Positions 50,162-61,903 of a DNA stretch of 64,000 bases are shown here, in pieces (the stretch's first letter is position 1; the number at the start of each line of letters is the position of its first letter). The position numbers and the translations under genes were made by a program. Source of the stretch: Curvularia clavata (taxonomy: Eukaryota); assembly GCA_023920165.1 (NCBI GenBank), contig CP089276.1:868001-932000 (forward strand), written 5' to 3'. Under the pieces are notes generated by a model, which worked only from the letters and a program-made list of their open reading frames with translations, made no database searches and was not told where the DNA came from.

Positions 50162-51016
50162 AGTTCTTTGACGACTGTCTGGTTGACAGTTGGAATGAGC
50201 AGTAAATTGCGATTTAATGCCCTACGCGCAGTGCGCCGTATATATTCGAATATAGGGAAGACAGTGAATTCGAATATGTGAATTTTGGTGATAGCCGGGT
50301 CGTTTCAATGGGAAAATAGACACCTGAGGCTCACGCCGAAAAAAATCACCAAGCTCAGCGCCGTAAACGGGTCGTTTTGAACCGAAATGAAGGTGGTGTT
50401 GACCAGAGTGGAGGACGTAATTTTTTCAGGAAATGGGGTGCTCAAGGAAATTCGCAATAACCGAAGCCAGAGAGCTGGACATGTTGGTGTGGCGACATTC
50501 GTGGGAAAGATGTAAAAGCGTAGGGTCGTCGACGACTGCGGTGAAGTAGCCTTGACGCCAGGCTTGCGATCCCGATGCTGTTGGTAACGTCGAGGAAGCG
50601 ACTACGCACCCGGAAACGAGACGCAAGAAGAAATGCGACCGGCGAATTGGCTCGGCAGCTGGGTAGGGCGTCCGGTAGGGGGCGGTGACCAGGCTGTTAT
50701 GCGGGGTGCAGGGCAAGGCGTGTGAAGGTCGCAGAAGCGATGATGAAGCCGCAAGTGGGTGGGTGCGCTTAGTCATGCACTCCGCCGAAATTCCCGGCCA
50801 GTGCGTATCGACGCCTTACCTATCGCGACCAAGGCCGGGTCGCGTTCCCTTGCCCAGAAAGTGACAGAAGAAGATTGAACCTGGCAACGTTTGATTGCTT
50901 CTGCGCTCTGACTCTGGATTCGCACACCGTTGGCCTCTCCCTGTCACCACTGCCTTGCGCCTGACACGACAACGCTTCTGCCGAAAACGAGCTGTAGAAT
51001 TACGACAAACCCGGCC

Positions 51017-52075
51017 ATGTTCCGCCGTCCAGGTGCTGGCCGCTCCAAGGCTACAGCAGACACCCTCTGCCAGAAGTGCTTGAAGCGAGGACATTACAGC
51101 TACGAATGCAAGGCCCCCGCTCAAGAGCGCCCCTACAAGTCGCGACCGTCTAGGACACAGCAGCTACTGAACCCCAAGCTGAAGCCTAAGCTCACCACCG
51201 AAGTTCCCGAGGACCTAGTGCGCAAGAAAGGCATCGCCGACGAGATCCTGAAGAAGAAGGAAGAAGACCGTAAACGTGCGCGCTCGCCATCCACATCATC
51301 TGTCGACTCAGTCTCCACCATTTCAACAAACCGGTCGCGCTCACGATCTCGTTCACCACCACGGAGGAAGTACCATGAATCACGGCGCCGGGAACACGAC
51401 GATAAGGCGTTGCGCAAAAGAGGCAGGCGTTCGGCATCGACGGATTCGCGTACCTCACGAGACTCAGACAGGGCAGACAGAAACACCCGACGGCGTCTAA
51501 GCTCCTTCAGCCCCGACGAGCGAGGTCGCCGGAGGTCTCGATCCAAGTCGAGGTCAAGGTCAGCGCGTGTGCAGACATCGCTTGAGAACGCTCGAGGAAG
51601 AGTACCACAGAGCATGAGTGGCAGCGTACGGTCACGGAGCCGCAGCGTTCGAAGAGACAGGAAGCGGCCAGTCCAACAATATTCAGTATCACGGTCACGA
51701 TCCAGAAGCGCAGATCCCATGGATACATCAGATGAGCGAGGCCCGTCCAATGGAGCGTCAAGAGGCAGACGAGAGGCATCGCCTCCAGTGAGGCGGCAAT
51801 ACTCGCGGTCACCCTCACCATATCGCGGCAGTCGTGATCGCAGCCCAAGTCCGTTTTCCAAGCGCAGGGCATTGGAGCGGTCGCGAAGCCCGTACGAAGC
51901 CCGGAACGGAGGAAGAGGGCGTGGCAGCCCCAGTGGAACAGCGAGGAACCGTTTCGGTGAACATCCGCCTGCGCCTGTACCAGCCCAACGAGCACCGCCC
52001 GTACCTCCAAGAGAGCGCAGTCTGAGCCCATACAGCAAGCGCTTGGCCATGACCAAAGCCATGCACAACGGATAA
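51017..52075 (+). CDS. CCHC zinc-knuckle Ser/Arg-rich protein (probably splicing-related)
   Basis: CQKCLKRGHYSYEC...ERPYKSRPSRTQQL followed by RS dipeptide tracts. Confidence 0.85.
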   Translation: MFRRPGAGRSKATADTLCQKCLKRGHYSYECKAPAQERPYKSRPSRTQQLLNPKLKPKLTTEVPEDLVRKKGIADEILKKKEEDRKRARSPSTSSVDSVSTISTNRSRSRSRSPPRRKYHESRRREHDDKALRKRGRRSASTDSRTSRDSDRADRNTRRRLSSFSPDERGRRRSRSKSRSRSARVQTSLENARGRVPQSMSGSVRSRSRSVRRDRKRPVQQYSVSRSRSRSADPMDTSDERGPSNGASRGRREASPPVRRQYSRSPSPYRGSRDRSPSPFSKRRALERSRSPYEARNGGRGRGSPSGTARNRFGEHPPAPVPAQRAPPVPPRERSLSPYSKRLAMTKAMHNG

Positions 52076-52852
52076 ATTGCACTTTCTGCTGTTGCGGGTG
52101 TGTATCTTCGAGATTGTATAACAAACCATTACTATCAGCGTCCTAAGACGAAGCAAGAGCATGCAGTGTTAGCAAGAAGCAGTCTCTTGGTTTGCGGGTA
52201 TACGGATCATACAAGCTTGGAGTAAAGTAAAAGCTATCATGGTTGGCGAATTCTTAGAAGTAGCTTTTCAGACTGTACAGTTAGCGATGCACTTAATAAG
52301 TGGAGTTCACTTGCATCTCGGCTTGGCTTTCATGCTTCCTGATAATATATCATAGACGTGGGCATGCATACAACCATATATGTATGCATTGCTGGAATAG
52401 ACAGTACAGTTTAATAATGAGCCTGTTGTCTAGCGTGTGATGAGAAATAGTTCTGCAAAGCTGTTATGCAATTGTTTTGTATATATCACAACCATACATG
52501 ACACGAAGAGAGAAAGATCCATGGTGCAAATGTTAGAGTTTATTGTACAAGTAGTCTGCCTTACCCAGGAACAAATGTGAAGCTGTATGCTACAAGTAGT
52601 CTGTGTTACTCGGCCGCTTTGCACCTTACCAAGCTTTAGAGATCCTTGAAAGTAGAATCCTCGATCATGAGTCTGAACTATGGCAGTCGATACGAAGTCG
52701 TCATTGTCTTCATCAATAACTAGTTGATCCCCTTCCCTGCCAAACTTGAAGACCCTTGACAAGAGTCTCGATCATACATCCGAATTATGACAGTCGATGA
52801 GAAATCGACAATGTCCGCCACAATATTCAGTCTACTTGAATGGCCATCTACC

Positions 52853-53020
52853 TTCGTACCGGGTGCTCCGAGCGCGTGCACCGTACGCACCACTCACGGC
52901 ACCACGCATGTTGATCCCCTCACCTCCGGAACGCTCTACATCCTGGATACTCGGAGCACGTGCATCCTACGCACCACTCGCGACACCACGTATGTTGATC
53001 CCGCTACCTCCAGAACGCTC
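52853..53020 (-). repeat. Two diverged tandem copies of an 84-nt unit spanning the stop codon of the NCBP3-like gene
   Basis: Translations ERSGGSGINIRGVASGA*DARAPSIQDV and ERSGGEGINMRGAVSGAYGARARSTRYE. Confidence 0.9.
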
Positions 53021-54543
53021 GGCAGAACCGCGAATGTTGATGCCTTCTTGGTCCCTTAGTCTTCCTTGTCCGCGAATGCTCATGTCAGTATCGCGAGATA
53101 TGCGATCCGCAAGACCACGACGAGGACGCGCTGGTTCAGAGAAGTCGGCGACGTTCGGATCACGGAAGTCGTTCTTGAGTCGTCCAAATCCATCCTCCGA
53201 GTGGTCATCGTCACGCGTGATTCTGTCAGCGAGAGAGCGCTTCGGCTGTGGAGCGATAGGTTGACCGTCCTTTGTCATACGTGAGAGCAGTGATGCGCCA
53301 CTTCCTCGCTTCACATCGATTGCATTCGAACGGTGGTGATTGCCCATGGGCGAGGTGTCCACAAAGAAGGCGTCTTTCTGCCATCGACCTCCGCCTGGAG
53401 CGCCACTGCCGCGGTCATAGTCTGCACGATCGTGAGTCCAGCGATCAGAACTCGTATCAGGTCGACGTCGGTTATTGCCAGGGCTGCGGCTACGGTATCG
53501 GCTGCGTCCTGCGTGTGTTGTGTTCTCTGCGAATCCAAATCGACCATCGCCTTCTTCGTCTGAGGCAGGGGAAGCGCTACGTCCTCGTAGGCGACCAAAG
53601 CGTGGCTCTCTTGGACTAGTTTCAGTTAGTCTATGAGTTGACGATGGATTGATGTGCATAAGTACCTCCTCGAGCCAGGCCTGTACGAGTCCACGTCTTT
53701 GCCTTGGTTGTCGCTTCGGAACCTGCCAGTGGACTGACGGTCTCCCCTATCCCGACCTCGATTATCGCGTTCACTACGGAAGTCTCGCTCGTTCCTCCGA
53801 GGACCCCTTCGATCGATACCTGAATCGCCCATGAATTCATCTTCACTGGCTCTTCGCCTGCTGCGCTCGCGGGACCCTATATCTTCATCTCCATAGTCGA
53901 GGAAATCCCTCTTTGGGGGTTGCCTCCGTCGTGGCTCCCTCTGGCGGTTCCCTGCTACGTCTGGGTTGCGCTGGTAGTAATTGCTTCTTGTCGCTGCGCC
54001 CCTCGGCTTCTGATCGCCAGCATTGGACTGCCTGACCGAAAGAACACTGCCTGGCTTCTTCGAGTATGGCTTCGCTTTGCGAGGTTCTTGCAAGGAAAGG
54101 TTGCTCGTGTCGCCGTTGTCGGGATGGGTGAGCATGCGGAGTGCCAACGCGGCATCTTCTTTGGTGTAGTACTCGAGGTTGACAGAATTATCATTGACCC
54201 AGCGCAGTTGCTTGACGCGCGGTTCTGACTGGCAATGCTCCATAGCCCAATACAATGGGTCATTGGGATCGAAGTCGGCCACGCCTTGGAGGTTAATCGA
54301 CTCGGGCCATGGCGCATGAATCACGATGTCTTCTAGATAAGCCGCCGGTACGCTCTTTTCGGACTCTGCTGTGATGTTTTGCTGTAGGGGTTTGTGTCAG
54401 ATAGCTGTACTGAACCGCTTGCGACATGCTGCTAAGCTTACCTCGACGACTTGCTGCGGCTGCTGCTGCGCGACGGGTTCGGGTGTTGGTCCTACATCGA
54501 TGTCAATATCGTAAGCAACGTCGGTCATGTCCGTGTCGTCCAT
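52967..54543 (-). CDS. NCBP3/DUF2414-like RNA-binding protein, 2 introns
   Basis: Acidic start MDDTDMTDVAYDIDID; PESINLQGV...LRWVNDNSVNLEY...AALAL (RRM-like); VRQSNAGDQKPRGAATRSNYY; R/D/G-rich tail. Confidence 0.78.
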
Positions 54544-54680
54544 GGTGGCGGCGGCGGCGATATTGCGGCGAGAGGTTCAATCACAGGTATTGCGTGTGGT
54601 GGAGGTGTTGTCGGAGGGCGAGACGTAGGCGCGCCGCGGTGAGCGGGCACTAACACGGTCACGTGAGGAGTACCATACTA

Positions 54681-54726
54681 GGTGAACGGTGAACGATGAG
54701 GGTGAACGGTGAACGGTGAACGGTGA
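54681..54726. repeat. (GGTGAAC)n heptamer tandem repeat
   Basis: Five full copies and one partial copy, with one interruption. Confidence 0.9.
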
Positions 54727-54971
54727 TTGTGAGCAGTATTGTTCTTGTCAGAGAATAAGGTGCAATGATCAGGCACGTGGCGCTGACTTAAGCAGACATT
54801 CAAAATCTTGGTGAAACCTAAAAGAAGTCTAGATCAGAGGCATGTCTTCGCTAGCTATAATGAAGGACGATCAAAGTCACAACTGTTTCTTGAAGTTGAC
54901 TAGTGTCAAATACATAAAGACAGAACACCGGACAAGCATCTTTAAACGTCAGAAGGCGCTACACCTTTTGA

Positions 54972-56687
54972 TTAGGATTGCTCCTCTAACGTGAAGGTAC
55001 CAGTCTTCGTGATCAGATACTCGTTCACTGCGACATCCTTTCCAGATTCCTTGCCATAACCGCTCTGTTTTATACCGCCAAATGGAGATTCCGCAGCAGA
55101 GGCATTTCCCTGATTATGTATTAGCGATGATTTGTATTTGATACGTGACAAGATGTGACATACCGTGTTGAGTCCAATCATGCCAGCCTCCAAGTTTTCA
55201 AATAGCCTCCATGTCCGGTCAACGTTTTTCGTGAAGCAATAAGAGGCAAGGCCCATGCTGGTATCATTAGCAGCCTTCACTGCCTCATCTTCCCTGTCGA
55301 ACTTTATGAACGTGCATATCGGCGCAAATGCTTCTTCTTTCGCAAGATCCATGTCTGGTGTGACGCCAGAAATGACAGTAGGTTCGAAGAAGTAGCCACC
55401 ATCCTTCTCGATCTTGTTTCCACCCGTGTGTATCTTGGCACCCTTCTTCTTTGCATCTTCGACAAGAGCGATCGCCTTCTCTATACCTCGTGGTGTAGTG
55501 ACTGGTCCCATTGTTGTTTTCTCATCGGCGCCATGACCAACTACAATCTTTTGAGTCTCTGCATTCCAGCGCTGAAGGAACGCATCGAAGATGCCAGACT
55601 GAACATAGATCCGATTTGCGGTGATACATGCCTGACCAGCATGACGGAATTTTAGGGCAAAAATCTGGCCTATAGCCTGCTCAATGTTTGCGTCGTCGAA
55701 GATCAAGACGGGGCAGTTCCCTCCGAGTTCCAATGTAACCTTCTTCAAATTGTCCGCACATATCTTGGCAACGAGCTTTCCTACCCGTGTCGAACCCGTA
55801 AAAGTGACCTTGCTTACGAGTGGATGTCGACACAATGCTTCACTAAGCTCGGGCGTCTTATCGAGATCTGTGGTCAAGATGTTCAGTGCTCCCTTGGGGA
55901 AGCCAGCTTTTTGCGCGAGATATGCAAGAGTGAGGACTGTGATCGGTGTCTCCGGACTAGGCTTCACAATCATCGTACATCCAGCGGCCAGCGCAGCTCC
56001 TGCCTTTCTCAAGACCATTGCAATAGGGAAGTTCCTTATCTGTAAGTAGGTTGAGTGGATTTGGGGCGCTGGGTTGGGGGGCTTACCATGGTACCAATGC
56101 GACCGCGACGCCGAGCGGCTGTTTGATGGTGAAGACGCGCCGATTTGGAAGCGCAGGTGTGAAGACAGTGCCTTGGATACGCTCGGCCTCTCCTGCAAAC
56201 CACCACGTGAATCCTGTAGAATAGTCGATCTCACCATAAGCCTCTGATCTCGGCTTTCCAGTCTCGTAAACTAGAATGGTCGCTATGTCTTCTCTATTTT
56301 CTTTGATCAGAGCATCCCATTTGAACAGCATCTGTGCTTTTTGTCGAGGACTGATGTTTTTGTATTGTTGAAAAGCTTCGTATGAACTCTTGACAGCATC
56401 CTCAACGTCAGCTGCGTCGTTCGTGGGGCATTCTATCCATGGTTTTCCAGTGCCTGGGTCTGATGTCTTTGTTAGAACATATTCACCCAAAATGGATTCA
56501 GTGACCTACCAACAACTTCAAATGTCTTGCCTGATTTGGATCGCACCCATTCACCATTCACAAACGAGAGGTTATGAAGAAGATCCGGATTGTTCAGCTT
56601 ATCGATGTTAGTTCAATTAGTCTATACTGAAGTCGCAGTTTTGTCCCGTACCTTGAAGGGTAGCTGATATTTCCCTTCCGATGTCAT
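54972..56687 (-). CDS. Succinate-semialdehyde dehydrogenase-like aldehyde dehydrogenase (ALDH5/GabD family), 4 introns
   Basis: ETGKPRSEAYGE, WWFAGEAERIQG, PWNFPIAM, VKPSPETP, FTGSTRVGK, LELGGN, HAGQACITANR (catalytic Cys), EEAFAP, PFGGIKQSGYGKE. Confidence 0.93.
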
Positions 56688-57353
56688 GCTTGCCTTTGCT
56701 GGGAGAATCGTCTGGTTATGCCGTGAATTCAGGGCTGTCTACTTTAGATATCGCTTCTCACGCGTTGGAGATCACTAGCTTGGACGATCCGAGGATGATT
56801 CTTCGAAAAGGTTATGTGCAGCTGCTGATGGATGTATAAGAATGGCCGGGCCGGCGGGAAGGTGCACCAATAATGCGACCGTCCCGGTTCTCTAACCAGC
56901 GCAGCCGACTACCCCTGCATAGGCTATGCGAGCCTTATCGAATCGTTGGGCAAGCATGCCCGGCTATTCCAGGCAATGTTACCCGGCAGCTATGCCAAGG
57001 ATATGGATGCATTTGAGATGTTCGGCGGCATTGGCTTGCTATTGGTTCGAACCTCGGTGGTCTTCTAACAATACGTCAATTCTATGCGGGGCGCTCATCC
57101 TTACCCCTCACTGTGGTACTACTCTCATTCAGAAGTACCGCTCATTGGCAGTGTGCCGGTGGAGATTCAATACCCAGGGCAAAGAACGGGTTCCGAATCA
57201 CGTTGTACAAGATGATGCAACGTCCCTTCTTTCAGCACCACAACCCTGGCATCCTCAGCACCTGATACCTGAAACCAATATTTACTGGCATCAATTCTAA
57301 CCTTTTCACAACTCTACAAACATACCAATACCCAAAGATCATCTTATATCACC

Positions 57354-58222
57354 ATGGGCAGACTAGACGGCAAGGTTGCCCTCGTTACCGGTAAGAGAGT
57401 CCTCGCATCTGCTACCTCACCCTCTACTAACACCCCCTCGCAGGCGGCGGCTCTGGATTCGGCGCCGGAATATCCAAAGGCATGGCTTCGGAAGGCGCCA
57501 AAGTTCTCGTCTGCGACATCAACGCCTCAGGCGGCCAAGAGACCTGCTCCGCAAACCCCTCCTCCTTAGCCTTCCACCAAATGGACGTAACAAAATCTGC
57601 CGACTGGAAAGCAAGTGTAGCAGCTTGTATTGAGAAGTTCGGTCGTTGCGATGTTCTCGTCAACAACGCGGGCTGGTCGTATACTAACAAACCGACGTCA
57701 ACGGTGACAGAGGACGAGTTCGACCGGGTGTTCGATGTCAATGTCAAGGGTGTCTATCTAGGATGTAATGCTTGGATCGACCAAGCGATTGAGAGAGGTG
57801 AAGGCGGTGTTGTGATTAACATTGCGAGTGTGGGGGCGACAAGACCGAGACCTGGACTGGTGTGGTACAATGCCAGTAAAGGAGCTATTTGGAATGTACG
57901 TCCTCTTTCCCTTTCTGTTTCTTCCTTCGGAAGCTACTTTACTGACCTGGAGTAGGCTACAAAAGGTCTTGCGGCGGAATATGGCCCACATCAGATTCGC
58001 GTGGTATCCATCTGTCCATTGGTCACTGCGACAGGCCTTTTCTCAGCCTTTACGGGCATGGAAGACACGCCGGAGAACAGGAAGAAGTTCACATCTAATG
58101 TCCCCATGGGACGGATTGGTGAAGTCGACGACGTAGTTAATGCTTGCATATTTATGGCCAGCAAAGAGGCTGGCTTCATTACAGGAGTCAATCTCGAAGT
58201 CGATGGAGGCCGATGTATCTAG
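57354..58222 (+). CDS. Classical short-chain dehydrogenase/reductase (FabG/TsaC-like), 2 introns
   Basis: ALVTGGGSGFGAG, DVLVNNAG, NIAS, RPRPGLVWYNASKG (YxxxK), FITGVNLEVDGG. Confidence 0.93.
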
Positions 58223-58409
58223 ATACAAATTATGCCCGCGCTGTGGCACGATCAACCCATGATTATCCTTTTCCCACAATTGTCCTACACACCTCTTTTC
58301 GTTTCTGCTCTTGTCATTCTCCCGTACTCGCCACTCTTGCATTCTCATCATTCCGTCATTCCGATACTCATCAAACACTCATCCTAGGGCATGCCCACAT
58401 CGTCACTCC

Positions 58410-61124
58410 TTAGGACCAGAGGCTCATTTCTGAACCCGAATTATCATCTGAATCGTCCAGCGCCTCTTCCTCCTCCATCAGCGCCTCTAACTCCCTGAGT
58501 CTCGCCTCCTTCTCAAGCCAGGCCTCATCCCTGCCATTGATAAGCGAGTCGAACATGACCGCGCCAGTTCTTTCCGGCTTGGTAATCTTGATCTCCCTAT
58601 CCACCACGGCAGCCCAACCCTCCCAGATAGCTCCTCGCTTAGTCTCCGTCATCGGGCCGTTGGTGACCCTCCATCTTTTGGTCAACTCCCTCTCCCTGAC
58701 GTCGTCGGGCTTACGAATGATGAAGTTATATGCCTGCTTTAACTTCTCGTACGCAACTTGATGCGGCACTCCCTTCTGTCCGCTTGCATGTTCAAGAAAG
58801 GTTTCCACCGTGTAACCCCTTTTCTCTCGTGCCATTTCAGAGATTCTTGGCCATATGCCCATAGGCAGGAACACGGCTCTGTTGATCTGGATCTCGCCAC
58901 TGCCAGGCTTAACGGAGCCAATCAAAATGGCGTCGGTTTCGGCGCAGCCGCCGTTACCTAGTTTGGCACCGCCGGGGCCGATGATGTTGGCCGGCACAAC
59001 TACCCTTGGGAAATAGATTTGGACGGCGACAGTAGCCTGAGGAGCGGCAAGGGGTGATGTGGCTAGCATGGATGCTGGAAGGGAAGAAAAGGGGGATGGT
59101 GGAGGTGCGAGATTCAGGGGAGCGGGCGCGTTACGTTGCATGCTAGCGGATGGGGGTGGGAAGACATTGACGGGAGGGGGGAAGTTCATGTGTCTACCTT
59201 GCTGTTGAGTACTATAGTTCAGTGAGCTTTCAAGACTGAAGATGTTGGGCTCTCGCTGAGCGACTGGAAGCTGCAGTGGAAATCCTTGTGGTGGAAGCCC
59301 TGGTGCAGTGCCCAATACTGGAGGCTGCTGTCCTGGCGCGAAACCTGGCGGCGGTGCAGCGCCCGATGCTGAAGGCTGATGTCCAAAGCCCAGCTGTAAA
59401 TGCGGTGGAACAGTGCCTGATGTTGAAGCCAGTTGTTCAGAACCCAGTGATGGAAACATCAGTGGAAAGTCCGGCGGTAGACGTGGTGGTGACATGCCCG
59501 GTGGAAGGGCGCCCGGTGGCAGATATATCGGTGGGAAGCCCGGTGCTGGAAGCGGTGACGGGATGCCTGGTGTTGGAGGCCGTGGGGTGGGCAGTCCGAT
59601 GCCGTTACCAAAAGCTTCACCTGGGTTCGTTTGTATCTGATAAGGTTGTGGTAATGGCGGCAAGTTCGGTCGCGGCAATGGTGGAAGCTCAGGAGGTCTA
59701 GGTAGTGATATACCCCCATTCCCAGCAGCGTTCGATCCCAATCCTGGTTGGTAATGAACGGGGGTACGCGGGGGTACCAACACGCGGCTCATCAAGGATT
59801 TGATCATAGTGTCTCTATCCATCGCGTCTCTGAACATCTCACTGTTCATCTTGCCCACCAGGGGGTCAGGGACGACTGAGATCCTATTGACATCTACAGG
59901 TCTGGCGGCTCGGAGCTTGAGCATAAATTCGGTAGCCACATCGTGATGTTGAGTACGTGAAGACATGGGTGGGACCAGTGGAACGCCGGATGGGTTAGGC
60001 ATAATACGATAGCCAAGCGCCTGGGCTTCTTCAGCAAGCCTGTTGCTGATGGCAATCTCCCTCTGCTTCTTCAATTGAGCCTCATCCTCCGCAAAGACTA
60101 CCTGCGTCATTTTTGCATCCCGTTCGTAGTTGAACAGGCCGAATCCACCTCGGAAGGGAGTATCCTTTACATTCTCCTCCTGACCTCGAATATAGTCTCT
60201 CATATTCTGTGGTGTGACTCCGGCATCGGTGAGCATGTAGAAGGCGCGTTGGCGCGACTTGAAGCAAGCAGCGTAGTATCTTGCACGTTCGTCGTCATCT
60301 CGAGGAATGTTGATTAAGGGCGGAAGAGGCTCGTCCAGACTGGGTGGCTGCATGCCAAAACGCACTTCGCGGTACTGTAGACGCTCGCTTTCTTCTGCCT
60401 TGCGCTCCAATGCTGCGAGATCCGGCCTCTCTCGCAACGTCCGCGTAGGCGAGTTCATGGCAACCTCCTCTGCGTTGAGATTTGTCGCCGTCATATCATA
60501 TGTTTCGCTGTCTATCCTCTTCTTGATATCGTCAGGAACAGTACGTGGGTGACGCTCAAAGTCCCATAAACTCGGAATCTCTCCGAATAATGCCGCTTTC
60601 AGTGCTCTCCCATCTCCTAAATAGAAATCGATCCACCGATATAGGAACTCGATGAAGTTGGGCACAATGCTGGTGTTCACCTGTACAATGTCGACCAAGA
60701 TCCTCTGCATGTCATCTTTTTTGATCAACTCTGCGGGTATGACGCGGGGCCGGGCTGTGATTGCGCCTGCAGTCCGTCGCGATGGCTGCACTGTAGAGGC
60801 ATTGGGTTGCGCTGAGCCGAGACGAGGCTTCTTGGTCAAGTGTCGAGTTGCTAGAGGCTGCTGAGCTGCGTCTGAACCAACCTTCCACTGGACGCACCAG
60901 GTCCATATTTCTTTGCTCGCTGTTTTGCGTGCCTGGTGCTCTGTAAGGGTTTGGAGGTGTGATACAAAGGCTTCAGCACTTGAATCTAGGCAATAGACGA
61001 GAACGTTGTGCTTGTATTCCTCATAGGGCATGAGCGTACACAGCGGCTCAACGTTACCATATACGTCTTGCAAATGAAGCTCACGATCGTTGAAGAGGTC
61101 AACGACCGTGCCAAACGACGCCAT
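58410..61124 (-). CDS. Hypothetical protein, 904 aa, with a proline-rich central region
   Basis: Uninterrupted 2.7-kb ATG-initiated ORF. No family recognised. Confidence 0.8.
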   Translation of the reverse strand: MASFGTVVDLFNDRELHLQDVYGNVEPLCTLMPYEEYKHNVLVYCLDSSAEAFVSHLQTLTEHQARKTASKEIWTWCVQWKVGSDAAQQPLATRHLTKKPRLGSAQPNASTVQPSRRTAGAITARPRVIPAELIKKDDMQRILVDIVQVNTSIVPNFIEFLYRWIDFYLGDGRALKAALFGEIPSLWDFERHPRTVPDDIKKRIDSETYDMTATNLNAEEVAMNSPTRTLRERPDLAALERKAEESERLQYREVRFGMQPPSLDEPLPPLINIPRDDDERARYYAACFKSRQRAFYMLTDAGVTPQNMRDYIRGQEENVKDTPFRGGFGLFNYERDAKMTQVVFAEDEAQLKKQREIAISNRLAEEAQALGYRIMPNPSGVPLVPPMSSRTQHHDVATEFMLKLRAARPVDVNRISVVPDPLVGKMNSEMFRDAMDRDTMIKSLMSRVLVPPRTPVHYQPGLGSNAAGNGGISLPRPPELPPLPRPNLPPLPQPYQIQTNPGEAFGNGIGLPTPRPPTPGIPSPLPAPGFPPIYLPPGALPPGMSPPRLPPDFPLMFPSLGSEQLASTSGTVPPHLQLGFGHQPSASGAAPPPGFAPGQQPPVLGTAPGLPPQGFPLQLPVAQREPNIFSLESSLNYSTQQQGRHMNFPPPVNVFPPPSASMQRNAPAPLNLAPPPSPFSSLPASMLATSPLAAPQATVAVQIYFPRVVVPANIIGPGGAKLGNGGCAETDAILIGSVKPGSGEIQINRAVFLPMGIWPRISEMAREKRGYTVETFLEHASGQKGVPHQVAYEKLKQAYNFIIRKPDDVRERELTKRWRVTNGPMTETKRGAIWEGWAAVVDREIKITKPERTGAVMFDSLINGRDEAWLEKEARLRELEALMEEEEALDDSDDNSGSEMSLWS

Positions 61125-61519
61125 GTTGGAGTTGAAGTAGTGTGGTTACTGCTAAGTTATGAAAGGTTTCGAGTGCGGTTGAGGCTGAATGATTGAGGGA
61201 GAAGTCGAGGGAGGCCAGGAATAGGCAGAAGCGTAGTCGCATCTGTTATACAAACGGAAAGCAAACGGTGAATGCGGGGAAAGGTGATGCCAAGCAGTGG
61301 GTGTGAAAGGCGAGAGTGGCACCAAGCAGTGAGAGTAAAGCGACACAATCTATCCTCACAGACTAGCGAACAAAAACGAGCCAGTTTCTTCCGACTAGAA
61401 ATCTATACTTGCTCTTCATTGCCATATTGTACACTTGCAATCACCATATTGCCGCATCAACACAATCACGCCGCGTATGGACCAAGCATACGTCCAGTCA
61501 ATCCTGGCCGTTTGATTGC

Positions 61520-61903
61520 TCATTTGGTACTTTCTCTAATTTTCTGCAAGATGACGCTTGCCCTGTCCTCAACGTCCTCGCGCACTCTTCTCCAGTCTGT
61601 GTTGTACACCTTCCTGACTCCCTCCTCGAGACTCCTGTTCCAGCGGTCCTTTGCCATTTCGGTCAGTCCTACAGGCGCCTCTCGGCTTGTTGGTTCTGGC
61701 TCTGGCTTCTTGGGCTCGTAAAACTCGGCGAGAACCTGGCGCTGTTGTCGCAACAGGGCGGCTTGTGTGGCGCGGTTTTGTGTGTGCAGTGATATTGTGA
61801 GATAGAGAACCGCAGAGGTGAGGGTGACGCCTCCGAGCTGCATTGATTAGCTGAGATAATGCAGCATGAACACAGCACATACGAATCCGGTGGTGAAGCC
61901 CAT
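61520..61903 (-). CDS. MIC12: MICOS complex subunit Mic12 (Aim5), 1 intron
   Basis: MGFTTGF|LGGVTLTSAVLYLTISLHTQNR..Q...LRQQ and EMAKDRWNRSLE..VRKVYNTDW. Confidence 0.85.

Noticed and set aside
51133..52068. 311-aa antisense ORF, and similar antisense ORFs over the ABC1, CRM1, aminotransferase, transporter and 43-44 kb genes
   Set aside because: Shadow frames of GC-rich or repetitive coding sequence on the opposite strand.
54681..54726. Short repeats considered as a CRISPR-like array
   Set aside because: Eukaryotic context and tandem units without spacers; this is a simple minisatellite.
56688..56735. Possible CTG-initiated N-terminal extension of the ALDH
   Set aside because: Only 15 codons before an in-frame TAG, and not convincingly a targeting peptide.
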